NCBI RefSeq assembly: GCF_035084215.1
Contig: NC_090351.1
Coordinates: forward strand, 12,090,001 to 12,154,000
Length of the DNA: 64,000 bases
Origin: Heptranchias perlo
Taxonomy: Eukaryota
Reading direction: 5' to 3'
A program made the translations under genes and the position numbers. A model generated the notes under the pieces. The model was not told where the DNA came from. It did no database searches and saw only the letters and a program-made list of their open reading frames with translations. Of this stretch, positions 25,401-38,889 are shown in pieces; position 1 is the stretch's first letter, and every line of letters begins with the position of its first letter.

Positions 25401-25889
25401 GTACAGCATGGAAAAGTCTCCAATTGATTGTGCTGTCATAGACTGCTCCCATTCTATAGTGAGTTACACTCATCTTGCACACAATCCTACTCCACTCATG
25501 CGCTCTCCATGTGGTACTCCGCAGGTTACAGAACAAACTCACACTCGCACAGGGAAAAATTCCAACAATTAAGATGCTTTGAACAAACGAATACAAAATA
25601 ATTTTTTTTTAACCTTTTGCTTAAACTACAGTCGCTCAGTAGGCAAAATAATTTGAACATGGCTTTGTGTTTAACTACATAATTATTCTGACAATGTCAT
25701 CTAAAAAATCCATTGTGTTTTTTAAACAATTACAGCACTCTTTAATTTAGCATTCACACATGCATACATTGTTTTGAAACAAACAGCCATCATTTTTCAG
25801 TGTTGGGTCAAAGGGGGGGATGGGGCCATAGCAAAATTGCAGAGTGACGCCAAGACCCCAGAGGCTGCTGGACAATGGCAATACCCGTT
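22480..25889 (-). other. ILRUN: Probable long 3' UTR of ILRUN (3' end not determined)
   Basis: Directly follows the stop codon; ~3.4 kb with no recognisable transposon, AT-rich with many TGTA motifs on the minus strand. No unambiguous poly(A) site identified. Confidence 0.45.
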
Positions 25890-25925
25890 TTAAGACTGAC
25901 CAAAAGGATAAGGGCCATGGAAACC
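25890..25925 (-). CDS. ILRUN: ILRUN last coding exon (GFHGPYPFGQS-stop)
   Basis: Read manually: polypyrimidine tract ttttttttcttcttttcag, then GGT TTC CAT GGC CCT TAT CCT TTT GGT CAG TCT TAA. Matches the recalled ILRUN C-terminus GLHGPYPFGQS; phase 0 joins exon 4. This frame is not in the ORF track. Confidence 0.93.
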   Translation of the reverse strand, partial: GFHGPYPFGQS

Positions 25926-28514
25926 CTGAAAAGAAGAAAAAAAAGAGTGAAAATGTGTTTCTTAGCAACTGGAACAGAATTGCGTGGGAGTAGTGTGTTA
26001 GTATTTATTTCCACTTAGTTTAAAGTAGGGCTGTAACGAAGCCTCAAGTATTGACATGATCTTAGATCGGTTTGAAAGCAAAATATTAATCTACCAAGCT
26101 CTTGTTCTGGCTTCCATTTCTGCCCTCACTTTTTTTTCCTCCCTCTCTCTCTCTCTCTCACTCACTCTCCCTTCTCCTCTCCACTTCCATGCAAAGCCCT
26201 TTTCATAATTGAACAGAAGACAGAAGGAAAAGCCAACTGACAAAATGGTGAACAGGATCATCTAATTGAAACAATGTTGGACTCTCAACTAGCAGACTCG
26301 AGATCAAGTTCCAGGTTCAAGTGACCTCGAGCTTCATTTTTTTCTAGGGCCAATTTTGGCAGGCTCAGTCACATGACTTTGGGGGGGCCAGGGGAATTCT
26401 TCCATTGATTGCTGAATTGGGGATCCTATTGAACAGCATCTGGGTAGAAGAAATTTGAAACAATGACCTCATTGTCCAAAATAGTTGCAAAAAATCCTAA
26501 GCATTAATTCAGAAAGCTGATGCTCAAACTGTTTTGAAAAGGCTTCGTTACCGCTCTAGCCTGAAACAGTTACTGCATATCCATGCAACCTTCTGTACTA
26601 CTAACCAATAGAGTCAGACAAATAAGGTTCTGAATTACATAAGGAAAGTCTATCACTTTATTTCCATCATCACAACAGGAAGTTAGAACAGCCTCTTAGG
26701 CTGAAAGGTAAAGAAATATAAAGAGGGTTGTGGACAAGTGGCACAGTGATACAAGCTTGTTGGAGCTCCAAAGCACTGCAGACCAGAATCATGTTGCCAC
26801 AAGGTAATGTCCTATTCTCAACTGTGCCATCATGGAAAGTGGAGACGAGGTACTTCCTCACAGGGAGGGGTAAAAAATAATTAGGCGGCCAGTTGCCTTG
26901 TGCCACTTTGGCATATCATCTAGTAAACAGCAATATGATTAGCGAAGGCCCAGGAGAAGGTCTCCAACCCATCCTCCATGCAGTGTGGGAAGACCTCAAG
27001 CGGGGGAAAAATAGGAAGAACAAAGTTACCATTAACTTTCAGGTGTTTATTCTATTCCTAAAACTCAACCATCTACTCTGGACCAGAAAAAACTGGTGTT
27101 CTATACCAGTCACATGATGTAAGATTCTTCGGGTTCAAAGTCACTTTCCTGTACATATCTCATCAAGTACCCTTTACAACCTTCACTGCTCAATGGCTAA
27201 ATAATAAACACACCTGCTAGCAACTCAAAGAAGCTTTATCTATTAAAAGGTGCTTTATATTTACTATAAAGAAAATATGGCTGGCAGAGATACAAGGCAG
27301 CAACTGAATTTATGAGTTACTCTGAAAACTGCTGAAGCTTCACTCACAGGTTTATGATATTAGAAACCCTCCATTTGATTTCTGCCTTGTATCTCGCTGC
27401 CAGTCATCCATCACCCCATAGAACTGAGGCCATTCCAACTTCCTATTTGGATGTGGTGGCATTTGTGTAATCAACATTTCTCTGTGGCATTCTGTAAAGT
27501 CAAGCACACACAAAGTTATGGTTCAAAGACACAAATAAAAATTAAAAATTCTAATAAAAGTCACCTTAAAATAATTTCACAGAAATGAATGCTGGACTAG
27601 GAATCTCACAATCCCAACAGCCAGATTTAAAAGTCTTCATTTTATACAATTGACCCTCACAGATGCCTACACAATTTAGTTGTATTAATAGTTCCTACAG
27701 CCCAAGCCATCAACCATACACTGTACTTACCCATCCATATTAATCCTTTTCCAAATTCAAGTGCAAAATTTCCATCCAAATATGATTGGCAACTTTATGG
27801 AGATCACTAAAAACTCAGATGTCTAAGTAGAACATTATCCTTGAATTGACTATTTTCATCAGTGGGCATTGGTATTTTGTACTGAGTTTTAAGTCATGGG
27901 GTGGGGAAACTCAGCAACCAACTATAAGTGAATTGTGGTGAACATCCTTCAAAGTAAAACATTTGGCACAGAATTATAATCTTTATTGCCTAAGTGATAG
28001 AAAAATTCCTCTAAATAAAAAAAAATCAAACCAGAACAATGGGACTCCCATCTTACCCAAGATCAAGTGTCTTTGGAGGCCTCCATCTCCTCAAAAAACT
28101 CAAAAATGCTGTTGCCTCCCACCATCACAGAATATATGCTTCACGTCACATACTCTGAAAACAAAAGGAGAAGCAGCAACATTGAGCTGCAATGCCCCGT
28201 AGTGTGTGACAAGCATGGTATTAGCTTGCTTAATACTCCTTCAGTCTTTAGGGTGCTTTCACAGTTTAGAATTATGTAGGAGTATAAAGAGGTATTCAGT
28301 AAATAGTGCTCTCAAAATATTCCATGTTATACACACTACACTTTACCCACACCCCCTTTCAAAGCAATTCAATAAGTGTCATGCTTCTACCAACACATTT
28401 GGACGCTTAGGAAAGGAGATACCAGAATCTGTTACATAAAAAACAGATTTCAAACAATACCAGCTTTATGACATTATTCCTGAAGATGGCACAGTTCCTA
28501 CTGTTCACGCAGTA

Positions 28515-29230
28515 AGACCATAAGAAATAAGAGCAGGAGTAGGCCATAGGGCTCGTTGAGCCTGCTCTGCCATTCAATAAGGCCATGGCTGATCTTCGAC
28601 CTCAACTCCACTTTCCCATCCGATCCCCAGGTCCCTTGATGCCCCTAGAGTCTAAAAATCTATCTCTCTCAGTCTTGAATATACTCAACGACTGAGCATC
28701 CATAGCCCTCTGGGGTAGAGAATTCCAAAGATTCACCACCCTCTGAGTGAAGAAATTTCTCCTCATCTCGGTCTTAAATTGCCCACCCCTTATCCTTGGA
28801 CTATTTTCCCTAGTTCTGGACTCTCCAACCAAGGGAACAGCCTCTCCGCACCTACCCTGTCAAGCCCTCTAAGAATTTTATACATTTCAATGAGATCACC
28901 TCTTATTCTTTTAAACTTCAGAGAATATAGGTCCATTCTACTCAATCTCTCCTCATAGGACAACCCTCTCATCCCAGGAATCAATCTAGTGAACGTCTGT
29001 TGCAGCCCCTCTGATGCAAGTATATCCTTCCTTAGGTAAGGAGACCAAAACTATACACATTATCCAGGTGCGGTCTCACCAAAACCCTGTACAAGACTTC
29101 CTTTACTCTTGTACTCCAATCTCCTTGCATTGAAGGCCAACATACTACTTGCCTTCCTAATTGCTTGCGGTACCTGCATGTTAACTTTCTGTGTTTCATG
29201 GATAAGGACACCCAAATCTCTCTGAACACC
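28515..29230 (-). mobile_element. CR1 LINE 3' fragment
   Basis: Minus-strand ORFs MIPGMRGLSYEERLSRMDLYSL, FFTQRVVNLWNSLPQRAM, LYRVLVRPHL; tail cataagaaataagagcaggagtaggcc. Confidence 0.92.
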
Positions 29231-29429
29231 TTAACAAAAGAAATGCTCACAACTGTTCACTGAACTTAGCAATTCTTAACCAACATCATTGAGCGTAGAT
29301 AACTCCATCAATTACAACTAATTACAGAGCTTCGCAATTTGCAATATGCATCACTGATCACTGTATATGTATAATGTATAAACATTACAGCAGAATTAAT
29401 AAATCTGTCATTTTTTAGAAAAGGTCTCC

Positions 29430-29710
29430 CGTAGCTCAGCTGATAAAGGCAGTGTGTAATTGAGCCATTAAGACCAGCTAGAAAGGTACAGCTTTGATTC
29501 CTGATCTCTGTAGAGTTAGCCAATCTTAGCCTGGGTGGCAGTAGGGCACAACTGGGAAGGAGAAAATCAAAAGGTTCCTGCTCTCACCAATACCCAATGA
29601 CCCTGCTGGAAATTGCACGTGTGAGCACAGGATTGGGTTGAGTTGTGATGTCACTATGGTTCAAAAGCCTGCCACCGTAACCATCAGCATTGATTCATGA
29701 AGAATGGCAT
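29430..29710 (+). mobile_element. Ancient SINE (AmnSINE2-like)
   Basis: gtagctcagctgataaa...tgagccattaagaccag...ctctgtagagttagccaatcttagcctggg; same family as 32685-33120. Confidence 0.6.
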
Positions 29711-29714
29711 CAAG

Positions 29715-29855
29715 GCATTAAAGGCATCAAAGAGTATGGGGAGAGAGCAGGAATATGGTATTGAGATAGAGGATCAGCCATGATCATATTGAATGGCGGA
29801 GTAGGGTCGAACTGCCGAATGGCCTACTCCTGCTCCTATTTTCTATGTTTCTATG
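29715..29855 (+). mobile_element. CR1 3' terminal fragment
   Basis: gatcagccatgatcatattgaatggcgg...tggcctactcctgctcctattttctatgtttctatg is the reverse complement of the tail at 28515-28600. Confidence 0.85.
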
Positions 29856-31080
29856 GCCCCCTTGGGTGAAGTATGAGCGCACGACTGGCATCCATGATGT
29901 AGCTCAACACCACTTATTCCCTTCAGAGGTGGGGGGGGGTGGGGGGGGTGCGGGAAATCAGCAAAAAAACCTGGGCAAAAAATGAAAGCATCAAATCTCT
30001 CAATTTCCACTGCAAAAGCTGTCAGAACAGGCCAGACTATTGGCCAAAAGCATGCCTATTTCAGACAGGAACCCTTCCACCATCGCCCCCCGAACCCCCA
30101 CATCCCTTTTCAGGGCATCAGGAGAAGGGGGAAGAGAGGGGCAAGAACAGAAGAGAACTTAAATCACAAAAAGGAGCAGCTTTTCAGAGTTTACTAACAA
30201 AAATGTTATCATAGGTCAGGATTGCAATTAGTCTTATTCTAGTCATGTTTGCTGATTGTTAATGCCAGATAATATAGTACAGCCTTATGAGACAGTCCAA
30301 AATATATTGTTAGGAGCCAGTCCCAGGATGTCTTGTACTTTTAAAAAACTTGTCAAGTATGGTAGAAGATAATTTTCCTTGATATGGACCATAAAGGAAC
30401 TTTTTTTTCAAATAAAAAGATTTTTTTATAAATTACTATATAAAAATAAGTCTTTGCCCCTGCATCCCAGTACCAATTTAATATAATCTCTGGTCAGTTT
30501 ACTAAGCCATGAAACCATTTCTCCTACCTCATGTGGGTTGGGTTTAAGTGTACAATAAAAGATGCGCAATTCAACAAAAATATATCAGACCAGATTTCTG
30601 AATTTTGCAGAATTCTAACCTTCATTTGCCATTATAAAAAATTAGCTTATTGGAATAGGCTCTTTTCCTTCAGGAAAAAGTTCTGAAAATTCTGTGAACT
30701 GTGTGCCAATTCAATAGTAAGTGCATTTTCAATGCTTTTAACAGTTGTCTGCAGAGCTCCTGTAAATATTCAGCTCTCTACATAGCTGAAGCACACATCA
30801 AATAACATGCTAATAATTTCAACAAACTAGTCTAATGCCATCTCAAAGAGAGGCCTCTGCCCAAGTCTCCTATTTATACTGTCCCTCCATTTTCAGAGGG
30901 TTCCAGCTCCAATTCATGCTCTTGCACACATTTTAATGATACCTCTTTGCCACTGTGGCCAGCTGCCAACAGTGTCAGTTGATGTACTAAATTAACAGAA
31001 TTACAGCTTTATTCAAGCTGGATAGAAATATGAAAAAAAATCACAAAGAGCAGCTCCAGACTTATTCTGCATTAAGGAAA

Positions 31081-31415
31081 AAATTGCATTTATTTAGCAT
31101 CTTTCACAACCTCATGGGATGCCAAAGGATTTTACAACCAATGATTATTTTTGAAGTGCAGTCACTGTTTTGTAGGCAAACACAGCAGCTAATTTGCATA
31201 TAGCAATGTTCCACAAACACCAAGTGAATGAATGATCAGTTAGCTTATTTTTAGTGTTATTGGTTGAGGGAGAAATGTCGGAAGAACTCCCTTCCTCCTC
31301 TTCTAATAGTGTCATGGGTTTTTTGTATCCACCTAGGCAGGCAGAGGGGGCCTTGGGCTAAACTTTTATCTGAAAGACAGCACCTGTGACAGTGCAGAAC
31401 TCCCTCAGCACAGTG
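31081..31415 (-). mobile_element. Deu-domain SINE (SacSINE1/AmnSINE1-like)
   Basis: Minus strand tgctgagggagttctgcactgtcacaggtgctgtctttcagat...ccctcaaccaa resembles the Deu core; L2-like tail ttgcatttatttagc. Confidence 0.8.
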
Positions 31416-32084
31416 GTATGAACAGGTGCTTTTGAAGCAGTACTGGTAACAGTGGTGGCTCATGAGCACCTGCAAGGCTCCTTGGACCTTGATCAACAGG
31501 AATACCTGGGAGTAATCAACTCAAAAATATTTTCTTTGCCTCCTTTCCTCAGATGACTTGGCAGCAGTCAAGAATTTCTTTATTTTTCCTGATTTCCAAT
31601 CAGAAGTATGTAAGTGAGAGAAAAAGTTTTTGTCCTATCAGAAAAACAGATATGCCTTTAAAGCACCAGATTTTTAAAAAAAATAATTGACTGACCATTG
31701 AAGAGTGAATAATGATTTCTGTTTGTAAGCCTCATCAGCACTGTATTAGAGTGAGGAGAAATCAGAAGCTTTAATCCGTATTCTGAGAATTCTAATTTAT
31801 TAATGACAAGCACAGTGACACTGGTGCATTCTTGGAGTTTCATACTTGCATGAACCACTTCAACTTAGGCATCTGAAAAATGTTGCAGAACTCAAGTCCC
31901 ACCTTCTAAGGGGGCAGGACAAAGACATACCAAAAACAAAAACGACAATGCCATAGACAAGTTTGATCAGATTTGTGTTTGTGTATTTTTTTTGTGTTTA
32001 TTATGTTACAAATCTTATTTTTAGTACAATGCCCTTGGTTTCTGACAAAATTATATGGCAGCCAAAAGGGACTAAAAAAAAAAA

Positions 32085-32450
32085 TCAGGTTATAGGTTGA
32101 AGACCCATTCTAGGACTTGAGCACACGATCTAGGCTGATGCTTCAGTACGATACTGAGGGAGTGCTGCATTGTCAGAAGCGTCTAATGAGAGGTCAAACC
32201 GAGGCCCCATCTGTTCAGGTACATATAAAAGATCCTATGATACTATTCAAAGAAAGCAGAGTTTTCTTGGTATCCTGGCCAACTCAACCAACGCTACCAA
32301 AATAGATGAACTAGTCATTTCCCTTATTTGCTGTCGACGGGACCTTGCAGCAAGTAAAATGGCTGCTGCAATTGCCTAAATAACAGTAACTACATTTCAG
32401 AAGCAATCCACTGGAACATTCTGAAGACATCAAAGATGCAAGTTCTTTCA
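32085..32450 (+). mobile_element. Deu-domain SINE (SacSINE1/AmnSINE1-like)
   Basis: tactgagggagtgctgcattgtcaga...aaaccgaggccccatctg...aaaagatcctatgatactattc...aaaatggctgctgca. Confidence 0.8.
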
Positions 32451-32684
32451 TTAATGTCAAACTGGTAAAATAGCTCCATATGATGCACAGAAAGCTAAAG
32501 AGCTGTTTATTAGAGGGCTGGAATAAACCCATTAGGAGCTTCAAAGCTTCGGACATAATCTACAATGAAGGTGCAAAGCCTTGGGTATCTATATTTGTTG
32601 AAACTCAGAAGCTGCAGGTTGGGAAACAGAATTAGTGTCAGGAGAACAGGAATTTGATTATTAAGTTTTGAACCCAAACCAAGA

Positions 32685-33125
32685 GCAGTGGCTCATCGCG
32701 TAAATGTGTAGTTTACCACAGAGCCATAGAGATCAGGAAAGTTCCAGCTTCAATCCCTGCTCCATACTTAAGCAGCTGATCCCAGCAAAGTCAGAGATAA
32801 GGGACTGGTCTCAGTGTCCTTGGACTTTTTCTTTGGTTGGGGGATTGGGGGGGGGGGGGGGGTGGGTGGAAAGAGAAAAAGGGAAGAAAGAAATCAGCCA
32901 GTGTTCCCATTTTTCATTGCTACCCAGTGGCCCCTGCTGAAAAGTGCGTCCATACGGACATAGGACAGATTTGGGTTCGGCCATGGTGCACGTCCCTCAT
33001 TCATTGATGTCATCAGGCTATACAACGGTCATAGTCTAGGCCTTACACTTAAAAAATTGCCACTTAGATGAGCCACCACTGAACCATACCCCTGCACAAT
33101 CATCACTTTCAGGACAAAAGGGGAG
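32685..33125 (+). mobile_element. Ancient SINE (AmnSINE2-like)
   Basis: gtggctcatcgcgtaaatg...gagccatagagatcaggaaagttccagcttcaatccctg...agctgatcccagc. Confidence 0.6.
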
Positions 33126-34107
33126 AAAAGTTGTGTGTTTTTTTTTTTAAAAGCCATGCCATTGAATTAGATTGAAGCACCATCCCATTTTACCTTCACG
33201 CAGGAAAGATAATGCCCAATTTTGAACTCATTGTAATTATATTAGCATCTCCGCACAAGAGGCTGGTCAAAGAAATGTTAAAAATCGCTGCTCAAGTTCA
33301 TCCATTCATTGAAACCTGTAATTGATGGTGTAAAAAAAAACTTTTAAAGACCAAGGAATGAATAAACATGTTGGATAAAATATATAACTATCTTTAAAAA
33401 TAATTGGTTGACCATACTTCTATATACTAATGACTCCCAACCCAACTATTTGTACTAAAATAGCACTACAAAAAAAAACAACTCCCTCTTTCCAAGTTTA
33501 TAGGTCCTAAAAGCCTATGTAACAGATGTTACAGTACACAAAATTCCAAAACTTTATTTGATCAAGGCTTACAAAATCAAACATTTTTCACATCATGGCA
33601 AGGAAACAAAAAACTGCCAACAGCCCTCAAAGTGAGACATCTCATCAAAAACTTTAGTTTATTACCCTTAAAAGATTATAATTGCCAAAGGATCAGGCTA
33701 GAGACTTGTACATATCCACTTATACTCTCACTGCCCAGAACAAACACTCCCAGCTGAAGTGTAGCACACATCAGATACGGGGAACAGTGTTGACCGAGCT
33801 TCACCAATAATGTGCCTTAACTTGAAATTTAGAAGAGCACTCCTACTGCACTAGTGTGAACACCACCAATGTCAAGTGCTCTATTTCCCACTGCTGTCTC
33901 GGCTACCAGGAATTAGTAATAATTAATGTTTAATTATAGGGAACTTTTGTATAATGGATACGTACCACCCATGAGGTACTGGTTAAAACTCACCAACACA
34001 TTTAGTCTGGAACTATTACAGTATCTCACATCAAGGAGTAAAGAATTTAAAAATAAAACTGTGTTCAACATTATTAGCATTTGGTTTCTTACCCATAAAT
34101 TGGGACC

Positions 34108-36300
34108 ACAACTTGCATTTACATAGCACCTTTAATGTAGTAAAACTTCCCAAGGCACTTCACAGAAGCATAATCAGACAAAAATTGACAGCGAACCAAA
34201 GAAAGAAAGATTTGAAGGGTGACTAAAAGCTTGGTCAAAGAAGTAGGCTTTAAGAATGGACTTAAAAGGAGATGGAGGTAAAGTGGCACAGAGGATTAAG
34301 GAGGGAATTTCAGAGCTTAGGGTCAAGACGGCTCACAGCACGGTGCCAATGGTGGGATGAAGGGAGTGGAGGATGCTCAAGAGGCCAGAGCTGGAAAAGC
34401 GCAGGGTTCTCAGAGGCCAAGATTGCAAACAGTCTGACTCGGCTGAGACAGTGGCCGGGCAGGGGTTGGAATCGATGATGAGGGAATTGGGGGGAAAGGG
34501 CACGGGCAAAGACAATAATGTTTAATTCAATGTTTAATGGGAAGAAATTGTGACTCATTCAGGACTGGATGTCAGACAACATAGTAGAGGGATCGAGAAA
34601 AGTGGTGGTGAGACAGAGCTGCGTGTCATCAGCATTCATATGGAACCTGACATCACGTCTTCGGATAATGTTGCTGAGGGGTAGCATGTAGATGAGGACT
34701 AGGAGGGGGCCTAGGATAGATCCTTGGGGGAATCCAGAGGCACCGATGCAGGGGAAGTAAGAGAAGCCACTGCAGGAGATTCTCTGGCTAGGATTGTATA
34801 GATAAGATGGAACCAGGCAAGGACAGTCGCACTTAGCTGGACAACGGAGGAGAGGCTTTGGAGGAGGATGGTATGGTCAACCGTATCAAAGGCTGCAGAG
34901 CAATTGAAAAGGACGAAGAGGGATAGTGCACTACAATTCACAGTTACAAAGGATATATCATTTGTGACTTTGATTATGGCTACTTTCATGCTGTGGTAGG
35001 GTCAAAAACCTGATTTGCAAGATTCAAACTTAGAGCTCCGGAAAAGATGGGGATGAATTTGGAAAGCATTCAAGGACTTGAGGGGAAATGAAGGTTGGAG
35101 ATGAAGAGAGGGGTCAAGGGTGGGTTTTTTGAGGAGGGAAGTGTTAATGGCAGTTTTGAAAGGGAGGGAGACAGTACCTGAGGAAAGGGAACCGTTCACA
35201 ATACCAGTTAATATGGGGACCAGGAAGGGTAGTTGAGTGGTCAGCAGTTTAGCAGCAATACAGTTGAGAGAGCAAGAGGTGGGTCTCACGGACAACATGA
35301 GCTCAGAGAGGCAATGAGGAGAGAAACTAGAGAAAAATGCAGGGTCAGCGCTAGGGCAGGGAAAAACCTCCAAGAGAACGGGGTGACTGCAAATATGCGT
35401 AGGAAAGTTTATATGGAGGGAAGGACAGTGAACTCAGAGGAGAGAGGCCAAGTTAAGAGGGAGGTTGAGATCACCGAGGATGAGGAGTCGCTCAGTGCAG
35501 AGGCTGAGGGAGGAAAGGAGTGAGGATATCTTAATGAGGAACTCGGGTTGTCGGGAGAGAATAAGGATTTTAAAAGAAGAGACGAGAGGAGTGGAAAAAG
35601 GCAAGTGTTCAAAAGGAGGAGAAGGTACTAGAGGAGTAGAAGAGACCAAGGTGAGATTTGATGATAAGGACCACACCGCCACCATGGCAGTTTGGACAGA
35701 GCAAGTGGTGGAAAATATAGCTAAGCTGGGAGACTTCTGTCAGGGCGAGATGTTGTCACCCTTGAGCCAAGTTTGTGTCAATGTCATGATTTCAACGCAA
35801 TCATCCACAATAAGGCCATGGATGGCAAGGGTCTTGTTTGCAACTGAACGAACATTCTATAGGAAGATGCTGAGATCGGCGGTGATTGTTGATCTGCTGG
35901 CACAGTTCAAGGGGTCAGTAGTGAGAGGGATGAGCGGGACAGGAAGAGTGGCAAGATTACACCTCTTGAGGATGAAGGAGTTGGGGTTGCTGCTCGTAAA
36001 GAGGCTGTGACGAGTGCCTCGATGGGCCCTTCGGAGAATGATAAGAGAGGGACAGTGTGAAACAATGGGCTTATCAAAGAGGCATTCAAGCTTGGGACGG
36101 CAGCAGGATAGTGGGAAGGAGGAAGAATAGTGACGGGTTGGGATAGGAATTTAGGGCGGGGGCGGGCAAAGTACCAGTGAGGGAAGAAATGAACAGTGGC
36201 ATGACTGGGTGACAGGAAGGGGAGGAGACAAGAGCCCAAGAGGGGCAAAGAGAAGAGGAGGAAAGAAAGGGGAGATAGAACAGGTTCGGGTCTGAGCAGT
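34108..36300 (-). mobile_element. L2 LINE, long internally deleted copy with endonuclease and RT remnants
   Basis: L2 tail at 34108. RT pieces SAAFDTVDHTILLQSLSSVVQL and IVNGSLSSGTVSLPFKTA; AP-endonuclease piece SLCTERLLILGDLN (35434-35685). 5' boundary approximate. Confidence 0.88.
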
Positions 36301-38889
36301 AGTCAAAATGCACACGAATGTGGACAGAGTAATAAGAAATTTACCAAAATCGGCACAATAATCTTTTCCTCAGATCAGGAACCAATAAATTCCTTCAGTC
36401 CTGATAATGGGTTCCTCCCCTCTGAAGGATTCTGGCCTCAGGCCAGTTCAAGGGACCGGACACAGTACGTACCAGCAAGCTTATTCTGAAGAACTTTTAA
36501 GTACAACTGCTCTCTGAGTTACCCTTGCTCATTCCCTAGATCTCAGGTGCTTCGCCACAATCCAGCTTCTCTTCCCGTTATGGCTGCAATTAGGAACTGA
36601 GCAAGTGAAAATTACAGGCACAATCTCGGGTATTGTCACACTGTGCTCCAACACACAAACCAATATACTATGCCACCTCATGGAACATAAACTAGTATTG
36701 AGAGAAACCAATTAGTAGTGATAGATCAGAATTACTCATACCTCAACAAAATTGTAGTTGATCTCTGAATTAAAAATGCTCATGGTTGCCATAAGCAGAT
36801 TGTTGCAATTTATCATGTACAACTTTTTTCCGTATTTCAGTGACCGCTTTATTAACTGTTCCACAATTAAGCCATCCTAAGCACTGGGGTCTTTTAACTG
36901 TTTGGTTTTGAAGTTTATGAAAGTGGCCCAAGACTCAAAGTAAATTTCCTGAGCGTGGGAAGAGAATGCAGAAAGAACATTTTTATAAGAAATGACCTTA
37001 AAGGGTTCGACTGTAGCTACTGTCAATTTCAGTACTGAAGCCCAAGATGTTAAACTAATGATATTCTTCTTCTCTTCTCCCCTGCCCTGCAAACATTTGG
37101 AGAATCCCTTACGTCTTTCATGCTGATTAGAACGAGACCTTTACGGAGAATTTCTTGTCTTAATAAGGCTGGTTGTTTATCATCAATAGGATTGTGTTCA
37201 ATTAATTATGCATTCTTACAAACTTGTCACTTCAGGTGTGTTGAACCCAGCCTCTGACAGGATTTGGTCCTGCAATTATAGAGGTAGAAGTTTACCACAT
37301 TCTCACCAATGCAAGTTGCCTTTATTAAATAGAATATATTAAATTGTTTGTCAAAACACCCATTGGTGTTACTTCCACTACAGCTGTCGAGTGGATATGA
37401 TTTGCAGCATCCAATGCAAGTTATAATTGCAATATGAGACATCAGCACAATATTTGCTAGTGACTCAAACAAACAGTTATATCATGAATATCCTTATGCT
37501 GGAAAAACTAATCTGAAGTCAAAGCGAGACCAATAACCAGGATAGAAAGAGCTGAAAAACACTGGGACTGCTGAGATATGGGAGCTTGACCCATGCAATC
37601 ACACATTTTCCTAGAGATTGAAATGCTGCCTTGGAAAATTGAAACGATTTCCCTATTATTTTGCCAATCAGCTTCCAAACACATCACAGCAGTGAAGGAG
37701 TTAAGGAATATATTGTTATGGAGAAGCAGAATTTGATGAGAAGTCAATCTCACTCTTCAATTTTGGTTCAGTTGGGTTAAAGAAGAAATGTATCTTACAC
37801 AAAACTGGTATCCTCAAAATAATTTAGACCAAGGACAAACAAAACCATTTAGTGGTGTCATGTTACAAAGAGTCTTTCTTGCAATACACTCACATTGGCA
37901 GTTTCCCCATACAAAATATACATTTAACACCAACTAGATGATCAAGAACGTGCACTGGAAATGTAGGCATATTCTCCAACAGTCCACACCAGCATGCCAC
38001 CTACAGGATAAAATCAAAAACTACAGTACTCCATCCAATATGGTACTTGGGAACTGTAACTCATCTATTAGCAGCTGGGCATTTAAAGTGATTTCAGCTC
38101 CCTACATTATAGGGCACTAACTGATAAAGCACCTTACAAAAACAAGGCACAATCCTTGTCTACAATTTTTCCCAATTAAATCAAAGGATATTTCAAGTTG
38201 CAGCATATGCTAATCGGGTTAAAATTGTTTTAAACTGTTGCCACTTTCCTGTACCATATCACCTTTAATATTATATGACTTGTCCCCCTTTCAAATAACA
38301 GGATCATAAAGATAATCTTTACAAGGGCCTCACTGGAAGATGCTTTTTGTCTCACTCGGACAGCTTCACAGAGTGTTTCCTGTCCTCCACAACTTGAGGC
38401 CAGTCTGCTGATGGGTCATTTTACTGCTGCTGCTACAACTAGCAAATATTTCAGCAATGTGCTGCAGTACTTCTTGAATAGTTATTGCTGCTAGCAATAT
38501 CAAGTAGATGAAAAATCTATTGAAGGATATCCCAAATTATCTTTGTGTGTCACTTGAGCAATGAGTGCCAGAGGGTACTCAAGAGTTGTCTCTGAAAAAT
38601 ATCCTCATGTACACTGCCTCTTTAGACTTCCATTTTTAATCATTTTGGGGGGGGGGGGGCAAGAGTGAAAGAGGGGGCTTTTGTTTCCTTATTCTGCTTG
38701 TTGTTTCTTCAAAATTAAAACCAAAAAGCACAATTTGGTGAAGGCCTTATTTCTTAAACTCCCCTTCTTAACACTCCTGTCCTGACTAGCGATGATTCAC
38801 AATGGGATATGGCTCCATGAGCACCAGCAGTCCCCTGGTACCTCACTCAAAAGTTTATTGTTCATGTGCAAATCAATTCATCTGGGAGC

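Noticed and set aside
25747-26014. ORFs of 73 and 68 aa overlapping the ILRUN last exon
   Set aside because: Different frames from the true exon; the spliced frame reads GFHGPYPFGQS-stop.
33545-33600. Minus-strand AATAAA as an intronic alternative poly(A) site of ILRUN
   Set aside because: The hexamer is common in AT-rich DNA and I could not identify a linked alternative terminal exon.
35465-36010. 181-aa plus-strand ORF
   Set aside because: Antisense frame of the L2 endonuclease region.
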